Assembly: GCA_951406725.2 (NCBI GenBank)
Contig: OX597819.1
Location: forward strand, 106,764,001-106,828,000
Direction: 5' to 3'
Length of the DNA stretch: 64,000 bases
Source: Octopus vulgaris
Taxonomy: Eukaryota
Below are positions 14,280 to 24,520 of the stretch, piece after piece. A program made the position numbers and the translations under genes. Below the pieces are notes generated by a model. The model saw only the letters and a list, made by a program, of their open reading frames with translations, ran no database searches and was not told the DNA's origin. Numbering within the stretch: the first letter of the stretch is position 1; every line of letters begins with the position of its first letter.

Positions 14280-14619
14280 GTTGTTGTTTTTGTTGTTTCT
14301 GTTGGTTGTTGTTGTTGTTTCTGCTGGTGGATTATCACTCTTCTTCTTCTTCTTCTTCTTTTTTTTCTTCTTCTTCTACTTCTTCTTTTTCTTCTTCTAT
14401 TTCTTCTTTTTCATCTACTTCTTCTAAGTATCCTTATGTATTATCGGTAGTAGTAGCTGTAGTAGTAGCAGCAGCAGTAGTGGTAGCAGTAGCAGCAGCA
14501 GTAGTAGTAGTTGTAGCAGCAGCAGCAGCAATAGTGGTTGCATCAGTAGTAGTAGTAGTCGTAGAAGTAGGTGGCAGCCACAGCAGCAGCAGTAGTAGTA
14601 GTAGTAGTATTATTATTAT

Positions 14620-14705
<86 letters not shown>

Positions 14706-15142
14706 TTTATTCTTATTATCGTTATTTTGAAAATGATAATTAACTAAGACAGAACTTAGCCTACAAAGAAATTAAAATAAAAACAGATGAAACACTATTA
14801 CAAAAAATAACACAATAAAAACAAATCCGACCACAAATAAAAACTGATAGAGCATAAGCACGCATTACACCACTCCTAAAAGACAATGATTCACACACCT
14901 GAAAAAACATCAGGTGCCCCTGATGCTGCGAGAGTTGCTAGCCTGAAACTTTTGAAAACATTACAACAACAACAACAACAACAACACAAGCGATAATAAT
15001 AAAAATAAAGATAGTAATAATACTGACAACAACAACAATATTGATATTATGATCATTATTATTATTATTATTATTAATAATAATAAAAATAAAAATAATG
15101 ATAACAATAATAATAATAATAATAGTAATAGTAATGATAATG

Positions 15143-15182
<40 letters not shown>

Positions 15183-15340
15183 CAATAATAATAATAATAG
15201 TAAGTAATAATGATAATAATAATAATAATAATAACAATAATAATAATAATAATAATAATAATAGTAATAGTAATAGTAATAGTAATAGAAATGGTAATAA
15301 TAATAGTAATAATAACAATAATAATGATAGTAATAATAAA
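14280..15340. repeat. Compound trinucleotide microsatellites (GTT, CTT, TAG/CAG, TAA) with a unique island at ~14740-14960
   Basis: Directly visible. Confidence 0.85.
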
Positions 15341-16042
15341 GTTATAGGTGTCCTAATTTTTTTATATCGATGCTACGATTTCATTAAGTTATTACATATA
15401 TATTTTTGTATTGTGATGCCGTTTTATTTTAATTTTAACTTGTTTTATATATTTATTTGTAATTTATCTTGTAGAATTGTAAATGCAGTTTATTGTCATT
15501 AAAATTCCGCTCATGAAATCTGATAGAAAACTCTAACTAGTGTTCGTTTTCTTTTTCTTTGTGTTTCTTTCTACTTTTTTTTTCCTTGCTGGGAAACTTG
15601 GGAAAATAATTTATGAGTCATGCAAACTTTATCAACGTTTGTAAAATCATTTCTTCTCCCTTTCGTCATGATAAATGTATTTCCTACAATTACAATAACA
15701 ATAGCAAGGACAACAAAAAAGCATTATTATATTTTTAATCCGAATACATCCAGCATCTCCGGAGAAGAAATTCATCATACACAAAATAAGAAAAAAAAGA
15801 AGGAAGGAAAGAGAAATAAAGAATGAAAGAAAGAATAACATCCTGAAAAATTTCATTCCAACATATTAAGAATTATATAGGATCTTACTTTTGATTTTCC
15901 GATAATTCTTCGATATTACTATAATATCCTCCCACACGAAAGAGCAATCTATTGTTAGACAGCTACTGTGCAGAGTCCTTGGCGTGTATTTGTATGTATT
16001 ATGTATGTATGTGTGTATGTATGTATGAATGCATGTGTGGGA

Positions 16043-16093
<51 letters not shown>

Positions 16094-16458
16094 TACACAT
16101 ACACATATATGTGTGTGTGTGTCTGTGAGTATGCATGTATGTATGTGTATGTATTTATGCATGTATACATCCATCTTTGTATCGCTTAAGACTTCCGTGT
16201 CGAAATTACATAGTTTTCCGTCCCTTTAAGCCAAAAATTGATTTAGTCACTCCTGAAATAATATTCGATACATTAAGTAGGAGATTAAATGCTAGGGTCG
16301 ATACAATCGACTTAAAGACAGTGCTACATCATGGGCGGAGATCAACGACAGAAACTAGTAAATTGATTTAAAGGTTTACTGAATATTATATCAATGATTG
16401 TGTTCCTTTGTAAGTTTCAAATATTGTATGATGAACTATTAAGATTAAAACTTTAAAC

Positions 16459-16833
16459 TATGGGTTCCCAATCGTTATTTATCTCTGGACCTTTTGATTA
16501 TTATTTTGTTCTGATGAACCCCCACCTCCATAGCGATTCATTGTTTAAAATCTAGTTTTATAAAAACTTTTAAAATTTCTAATTTGTTCTTCACACATAC
16601 ACTTGTTTAGGTTCCGCTACTTAAAATTTTAGAGAAAAATACCTGTTTCTTGCAATACATAGCAATACATGAATCTAACTAAATACATACGACTAAATCA
16701 AAATTTTCTCAGGAGCCCTTAAAAAATATTTGTTGATATCCAATTTTAATATTTTGTTGAATGGACCCACTACCTTCCCCCACTAAAAATATAGACCCCC
16801 TGGGGCCATACATAACCCGGTTGAGAACCACTA
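16459..16833. mobile_element. Old hAT-like non-autonomous DNA transposon (MITE)
   Basis: Ends tatgggttcccaatc / ggttgagaaccacta resemble CAGTGGTTCTCAACC-type TIRs. Flanking 8-mers ctttaaac / ttttaatc (6/8) fit a decayed TSD. Confidence 0.55.
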
Positions 16834-17023
16834 TTTTAATCTATCTAATTAGGAGAGTTGTTGAAGCGTCGAACACAATACTTAGCGGACTGCTTTCTCT
16901 ATCTCACCTTTCTGCGTGCAGTTTCTCCAGTTTATCTCTTTGGCGTCGATACATAAAAAGCTATTGTTAGTACTTAGGTACACTAATATTTTTTCTGTCT
17001 ATATTTCTCTCTTTGAGTACTTA

Positions 17024-18319
17024 GGAGGGGCGTTCAATAAGTAATGCCCCTGACCCACTTCCCATAGCAGTAGAGCAACGGAACTTGGCACAGTTATTAG
17101 TCTTTTTCTACATAGGAACCACCCAGAGTTACGCATTTCTACCATCGTTTGATGCAGCTCTGGAGACCATTTTTGTAGAAGCCCTTAGCTTGGTCCTCCA
17201 ACCTGAACTTGACTTCAGAAATCAAGGCTGCATCATCTGGGAAACGCTTTCCTTTCAAAAACAACTTCATGACTGGGAAGAGGTGAAAATCAGAGGGTGC
17301 AAGGTCAGGAGAGTAGGGGGATGGGGGGGGGGAGGAGTTCATAGCTGCACGCCTGTGCTTCTGATCTGGTGACAAGCGAGTTGTGGACCGGAGCGTTGTC
17401 CTGCAGGAGGAGGATGTCTTTGCTGATCTTGCCCCGCCTCTTGATTTTGATAACTTCTCTTAATTTCCTCAAAAGTGAAGCATAATATGCTCCTGTAATT
17501 GTGGTACTCTTTGCCAGGAAATCTGTCATCACTACTCCGTCCTGGTCCCAGAAGACTGTGAGCATGACCTTGCCAGCGGAGGGCTGCACCCTTGCCTTCT
17601 TTGGAGGGGGTGAGTCACGGTGCTTCCACTGCATTGACTGGGCTTTGGTCTCTGGATCATCGTGATGGACCCAGGTTTCATCCTGTGTAATCAGTCTTTT
17701 GAAAAATTTTGACTCATCTTCTTGGCACATCTCCAAATTCATCCTCGAGCACTCGACTCGTTCTTGCTTCTGGAAAGGCGTGAGCAACCTGGAAATGCAT
17801 CTGGCAGACACCTTTTGCATATGCAAATGGTCATGAATGATAGTTTCCACAGACCCGGTACTAATCTTGACCTCATGGGCTATTTGGCGAATAATTATGC
17901 GTCGATCTTCCAAAATGGCAGCCTCAACTTGACGGACAGATGCCTCATCAATGGCAGAAGGGGGCGACCAGATCTGGGAGCTGTTTCCACAGAGTTCCGA
18001 CCATGTTTGAATTCGCGATGCCAGCGTTTTACAAGGTCATATGATGGGGCATCATCACCATAAGTTACTTTCATTTCATCAAAAGTCTCCCGTGGTGTGC
18101 GTCCTTTCAAATACAAAAACCGGATCACTGCTCGACACTCAACAGGCTCCATTTCACACTTGACTCAGTTCAAACACCTGTAAATCAGAAACCACAATTA
18201 GTTCAGAGCTGTAATTTGTAACTTACTCTATAGAGATATAGATGATTGCATATGCAAACTTTCAGCTAGATCAAACAACTGCAAATGGGTCAGAGGCATT
18301 ACTTATTGAACGTCCCTCG
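17024..18319 (-). mobile_element. Full-length mariner (Tc1/mariner) transposon, 1296 bp
   Basis: TIRs of about 34 bp (gaggggcgttcaataagtaatgcccctgaccca vs tgggtcagaggcattacttattgaacgtccctc), flanked by TA at 17022-17023 and 18320-18321. Confidence 0.95.
17139..18152 (-). pseudogene. Mariner DD34D-type transposase with two frameshifts
   Basis: ORFs 17895-18152, 17305-17913 and 17139-17375 join into N-terminal HTH, TQDETW, LQDNAP and YSPDLAPSDFHLF. Confidence 0.9.
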
Positions 18320-19496
18320 TAGCTGTGTTCCGAACTGGAGAGAGCTGATCTCTAGAATGCTAAATGCGTATTTTTAATTCTGTCAGGAATTTAGGCTTCA
18401 AGAACAAAAGGGGAGGGTTGCAATACCGCTCAGGGTGGTGTTTAGTATAGTTATACTCTTTACAGTGTATAGTAATGTTACACAATTTACTGTCTTCTTT
18501 TAAATTAGACGCGGTATTCTAATATCACAGTTGATATTATAAATACTTTTTTCAGTCTTCTTTATTGTATATAGAAACGGAACTCGGTACGTTGCGGGTA
18601 TAAGACAACCAAAAACTGCAATATGAAAATGCTTCGACAAAATAACCATACGTTATCGTCCGTCACGTATGTTAAGAAGGTAGAATGGTGCAGTAAAAAA
18701 ATATCGTATTCCGCTCTCCACTCAATAATAAGTTTGCAAATTGTTCTGAGAGATGTAGGGTGCAAGCCCAAAGAAGCATGTGCCGCGATCTTGGAGTGAG
18801 TCCCGGAGGGAACATCCTTTACAAGTATAAATTGAAACTAGTAGCAGAGACCAAACGCTACTGGTGAGATGTAGTCATTATCCCCTCCACAAGGCTCCGT
18901 ACCACTCTCGAACTAACCATGTCAGCTACACCGGCGGTAGGGGGACACTCACAAGCACTCGAATATCGGATTTTATTGAGTGCATCTTATCCATGTGTGT
19001 GAGAGAGAGAGAGAGAGAAAGAGAGAGATAGAGAGAGTAAGAGAGAGAGAGAGAGAGAGCATGTCTATATTATCAGTCTGCGAGAACTCGGAAACCAGTT
19101 GATAGTCAGTAGTTTGCAATCGGAGGTACTTTGTTAAAAAAAAAACTGTTAATTTCGGCGGTGAATAGAAAGCCTCATTGGTATATTGGTTATCATGCTC
19201 TATGTTTGGAATGCACGTGGTATTGGAACATCACGCTGGCGATGTTAGAACATTTTCCCCTTATCCGATATTAATTATAAATATATTCTTCAGAAAGAAA
19301 GTGAATAACAGATTCGGTAAGTCGCTGGAAAACGTTATCGTTATGTACTCAGTAAAACAAGCAATAGTTTTGTACATGCTTACATTTTAAGTATTGTTTA
19401 TATTCGCATATACAGACATATATATGTCTGTGTTTACATATGTATGTATATGTTTGTGTATGTATATATATACATGTTATACATATGTAACATCGT

Positions 19497-19858
19497 ACAG
19501 GAGTGGCTGTCTCATAAGTAGCTTCCTTACCAGCCACATGGTTCCGGGTTCAAACCCACTGCGTGGCACCTTGGGCAAGTGTTTTCTACTGTAGCCTCGA
19601 GCCGACCAAAGCCTTGTGAGTTGATTTATTAAACGGAAACTGAAGGAAACCCGTCCTTATGTGTATGTCTGTGCTTGTCACCCCACCCCCCGCCATTATT
19701 TGGCAACCGACGCTGATGCGTTTACGTCCCTGTAACTTAGCGGTTCGGCAACAGAGACGATAGAATGAGTACTAGGCTTACAAAAAATAAATCCTGGGAT
19801 CGATTTGTTCGACTAAAGGCGCAGTCAAATGACAAACAAATAAAAGAATAAAAGAATA
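19497..19858 (+). mobile_element. tRNA-derived SINE family B
   Basis: caggagtggctgt...ggttccgggttcaaacccactgcgtggcaccttgggcaagtg...taaaagaataaaag; matches the copies at 30381 and 32100. Confidence 0.85.
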
Positions 19859-20187
19859 TATTATATATGTGCAACCTGTATATATATACTTACATAAATA
19901 TGTTATAAATGTTATGCATGTTCAAAAATAACATACGTATGTGTTTGTGTGAGCGTGTGTCGTTTGGTGGTTACCAGGTGCATGTTTTTTTCATACACTG
20001 TATAGCAAACGAACAATACTTATAGTTTGTGCATCATTCCCCCCTTTAACACATGTGTAGGGGTTCCTACTTTGGGTGATTTTTTTCTGATATATTTCTT
20101 ACACCACTTTACACCACCTAGCTATTTCTTTCTGACGTGCATTCGCTACTATCCAAACTCTTCTCTCATTTTATAATTATCTAATAT

Positions 20188-20224
20188 GGCGCAGGAGTGG
20201 CTATGTTGTAAGTAGCTTGGTTAC
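20188..20224 (+). mobile_element. SINE family B head, interrupted; continues at 22269-22318
   Basis: ggcgcaggagtggctatgttgtaagtagcttg, resuming 2 kb later as aagtagattccttaccagccacatttttccgggttcagacccactgcgtg. Confidence 0.8.
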
Positions 20225-22270
20225 TTCCGGTTACCCAGAATGCAACACTAGTTGGTCTGGACTGTTACAGTGAGAAGATGTGAGTTTCGGCTCAGTGAAT
20301 AGAAAAAAAGAACAAAAAGAAAAATTGTCAATTATGGCTCGCTATAGCGAGCAAAATACTAGGTTCTCGTCACCGTAACGGTGAATTGAGAATTTTTGTT
20401 TGAAAATTCTCTTTGTAAATTCTAGTGGGCTTATCTCGCCAGTAAAATAAGAATAAGCCATTTGGATTACCTTTTTGGAGTATTATACAAAGGATTCCCT
20501 GTCTGCTATTTGTGAGGTTTTTCTTTTACTTTTCCCTCCTATTTTTTCTTTCTTTCTAAATTTTGGTTCATTCTTTTCATTACTTTAATTTCAGTTTCCT
20601 CCCCTCCTCTTTTATTTTGTTTTATTTTTATTCGGTTTAATTTTTTGGCAGACTGTCTTTTGAACTACTTTTGACATGGCAGAGAAGGAACTTAAAAAGA
20701 AAAACTCTGTCTTAGAGTGGTAAATTAACCCGCCTAAGCAGTGGTTAAAAGATATGGAGGAGAAGACGATGGTACTTAGAACTTATTCTAAAGTTCTTAA
20801 TTCCATCACCGTCTTCCCAAAACAAGTCATACAAAATGAACTTAAAGAATATCTGTCCTCTCTAAAATATATATCCCGTGGTGTCAAACATGCAACCGTA
20901 TGGTTGCTGTTTGACAACGGGGAAAAGGCTCGCCAGTTTGCGAGTCAGCCTTTAGAAGGCAAGGAAATTCTGTTCCTTCCGTCATATTGTGGAAGGAAAT
21001 TAATACAAGCGAGCCTGGGTATGTTGGTTAACCCCAGGCACCGAAGCGGATTGGATTGAAGATAACATCCGATGGGGCCTGGGGGAATGCAGGCCCAGGC
21101 TCCTAAATGTAAGGGCATTGCCGGCGGTCGTTTGGGAAGGGTCATTAGCGATTTTGACCCTGTGGACCACATCGGCCGCAACAGATCTGGTTTTTCCAGA
21201 TTTCTTGAAAATGGCTGGCTGCAGGTATCCGGTGATATATAAGGGACGTTCCCCCAAGTGTCACTCATGCCTGCAGCCAGGCCACATTAAAAGGAACTGC
21301 TCCCAGGACCATGGTAAGGTCCTGGAACAGTCACTACATGCCACCTCCCCTACCCGGTCAAAGGGAGAGGTGGATGTGGTCGAAGAGGCTTCAACCTCCC
21401 CAACTCAAAAAGGATTAAAAAGGAAGAAGGCAGGCAACAATAGTTGCCCGCCGAAGGAACCTAAGGCTTCGGGAGGCGGGGGAGAGTCTCCGGACAAAGC
21501 GGAAGAGCTCCACTCTCCCGAAGTCAGGAAGAAAAGAAAAAAAGAAGGAAGAACGGGTCATCTCAGCGGGGAGATGATGTGCCGTCTGCATGTCCTGAAG
21601 CTGTGCCACCCGCGGTGGAAGAAACCATTCCCACCCTTAAAGATGATCAATTAATTATATTTTTCTATAAGGGAAGGGAGGTGCAAAAAATAGTAGAAGA
21701 ATATAAAGAGACAGTAGATATGCTCTTCACACGGGATCCCGAATGGCCTCCGCAGATAGCTGTGGAGGTCATAAGGTTTCCCTTGTGGGCAAGGCTTAAA
21801 GGATTTGGGGAGGAGTGTCGCATATGGCCGAGTGGCCCTTACACGACTTACATGTCCTGCATGAGTGAGGCATGGGAAATGGCGGGATATAGGAACTCAA
21901 GCAGCATTGAAGATAATGATGAATATATCGATGGAGATATCGAAGAGTAGGAGGTGAAAGACCCTCGATATAGGGTTTGAAACCTCAACTTATTGTATTA
22001 TTTGTAGTGGTTTATAACCTCAATTGTGTGTTTTAAAAAAAAACATGTTAGGTAAGAGGTTTTAGTGCCTCTTTCTTGTAAGAGGTTTGAAACCACATAT
22101 TGATTTTTAAAAAAAGAAAATATATTTTCGAGAAAAATCCAATCGGCGGGTGTTGGGTTTCGTCTCTCATTCATTCATTCTATTTCATTTTCATTCATCA
22201 ATGTGTTTGTCCAGCCCGCAAAGCTACACACTCTTTGTACTGTCTATGATGACAAATTTTATGAAATAAA
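20219..22270 (+). mobile_element. ORF1-only (HAL1-like) non-autonomous non-LTR element of L1/Tx1 affinity
   Basis: Inserted in a SINE with an imperfect TSD (aagtagctt 20210-20218 / aagtagatt 22269-22277). Has a 5' UTR, a gag-like ORF and a ~320-bp 3' UTR ending in AATAAA; no endonuclease or RT. Confidence 0.7.
20676..21950 (+). pseudogene. L1/Tx1-type ORF1 (gag-like, CCHC zinc knuckle), disrupted
   Basis: ATG 20676 is in frame with ORF 20754 (one stop between them). PDFLKMAGCRYPVIYKGRSPKCHSCLQPGHIKRNC contains CX2CX4HX4C at 21259-21300, followed by a basic low-complexity linker and an acidic C-terminus. Contains frameshifts. Confidence 0.75.
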
Positions 22271-23651
22271 GTAGATTCCTTACCAGCCACATTTTTCCGG
22301 GTTCAGACCCACTGCGTGTACATTTGTTCGTGTACGTGTACATTTACATATGTGTGTCAATCTCTTAACTGTTAAAATGTACCCTTTTGTAATTCTCTAA
22401 TTTTTACGTGGCTTTTTCGCATTACAACGGACCCAGGACCCATTGCACATTTACACATCATTACTCTTTCCTCATCTGTAGTTCTCTCCTTTCTTACTTT
22501 ACACTTCTCTAGCGCTCTTCCTTTATCAACAACTCCAATTAATTTATTTACATTATTCTCATTTGCATTTGTAATGTCGCACATCGGATAATTCTACTCT
22601 AAGTATTCTTTCTCTTTAAGAAGGACTATGTCCAAACTTTTAGCATAATTTGATTATTCTAAATATTCCTTTCGTCTACGTATTCACACAGTTTTAAGCA
22701 GTATTTAAAGCATACATTTACAAACATACAAACAATTATCCACATGTAAATATTCTGTCTTGTTACACCTCTCTCATCATAGCTATCCATGTTCCCATTG
22801 GAAATGGGTTGCAAGTATCAAGAAAAAGAAACGAAAAGAAAGAAATAGGGCTTTGTAATTTAGAAATAGTTTTAATTAATGGAAAATGAAATGATCAAGT
22901 CCATATGGATTCGATTGTTATTTCTCCATATCCTTTGTTGCTCTGTGTTTCAGAAAATGTCATACGACGCTTAAATGATAAATGCAGGCTTTTAAAAAAT
23001 GTGGTGTTGAAGTGCATATCTTTAATATTGGGAGTAATTTATTGAGGTGTTTTGTTTTGGCACCTAGCTACTTGTGTGAAAAGTGAAGTGATAACCTAAA
23101 CTATTGATGTTTTCCCTTATTTTTTTTTATTTTTAAGCACATAATATTTCCATGTTTTAGAGAACTTCTGTACTTTGCATTCATATACGCAAAGGTTTAC
23201 ATAGGGGATCAAGCGGATGTTTAACTTCCATTGTTGCTTCGTAAGTCATTTGAGATCGCTAATATACAGGTTAGGAGTGAAAGCTGTAGAAGTGATACAT
23301 TGAAAGACGTCCATACTGTGACAATCCCGTTTTTACTGTATCTGGTTTATATCGAATCTTAAACTTCTTTTCTAAGACAGTAAGTTTTCGTTTGACATAT
23401 ATAACTGATATTTCTAACAACTCGTGCTACCATTTAGAAGCACCTCGTACATCGATAGAGTGACAGATGCCCTGAAGGTAGCACGAGTCGGACAGAAAGA
23501 GAAGCTTTTTCTCTGCACTGTCTAAACTGGTTGTTTAAAACCATGTCAGTTCTCATAAAACAGAACTCTGAAGAAAAGTGTTCAAGATATTATCACCGCG
23601 TTTATATATATATATATATATAATCATTATCAATAATATTATCCGAAAAAA

Positions 23652-23830
23652 GACAGCAAGTAAGCAGAATCGTTAGCACATCGGACAGAATGCTTAGTGG
23701 CATTTTTGTCCGATTTTACGTCTGAATTCCGATTCCGCCGAGATCGACTTTGTGTTTCATTGTCATGGGGCCGATGTAATCAAATATCCAACTCTGCCTA
23801 AAATTGCTGGCCTTGTGCCAGAACTTAAAA
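23652..23830 (+). mobile_element. SINE family A, diverged
   Basis: gcagaatcgttagcacatcgg...attccgccgagatcgactttg. Confidence 0.7.
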
Positions 23831-24309
23831 CCACTGTTATTATTAATTAGTAATGATGTTATTTTTGGTAACTGCATGTCACCTGAATCATCAAGATCGC
23901 TCTTAGGACTCTTGCAGATTACAGCGTTGTACTACTTTTCAGTTCGACAACGCGTGTCTAAATTTCCGCGGCCTGTTTGTAACATGCATATTTACTATAT
24001 AAGAACTCTCTCCTTGGCTGGTAGTCAGTAATAGCTTGCATTTTGTATCAACTACACCAATTGTCTCTGGAGGAATTGTCACCTTCGTCTTCCATAACCT
24101 CTTCATCTCTCTCTTTGGTTAGGTCCTGTTATTTCTTCATTTTTAACTGTTAATTTCATATCCATTCTCATAGCATTTCAGGTGTATGTTTTCCAAAGAC
24201 AATGATATCTGGTCTCTTTATTTTAACTGAGTGTCCTGACATAAACTAGCAAGAAATCTTTCATGTTTTATTCGTTTGTCTTCTATTGTGCCTTTCTTTA
24301 ATTTAATGA

Positions 24310-24520
24310 TTTGAAATTTTGGCACAAGGCCATCAGTTTTTGGTGGAGAGGTAAGTAGAGTACATCGACACCAGTGTTCAGCTGGTACTTATTTTATCAA
24401 ACCCGAAAGAATGAAAGCTAACTTTGACATCTGCGGCATTTGAGCTCAGAATCTAAAAACAGACAATATGCAACTAAACTTCTTATCTGACGTTCTAACG
24501 ATTCTTCCAGCTCGCCTTTT
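24310..24520 (-). mobile_element. SINE family A, diverged
   Basis: ggcacaaggcc...tacatcgac...ctaacgattcttccagctcgcc, the reverse orientation of the family pattern. Confidence 0.7.

Noticed and set aside
17139-18152. SETMAR-type domesticated gene
   Set aside because: No SET domain; TIR-bounded and frameshifted, so an ordinary mariner copy.
21951-22096. CRISPR-like reading of the palindromic repeats
   Set aside because: Units are only ~15 bp and degenerate, spacers are irregular, there are no cas genes, and the context is a eukaryotic retroelement.
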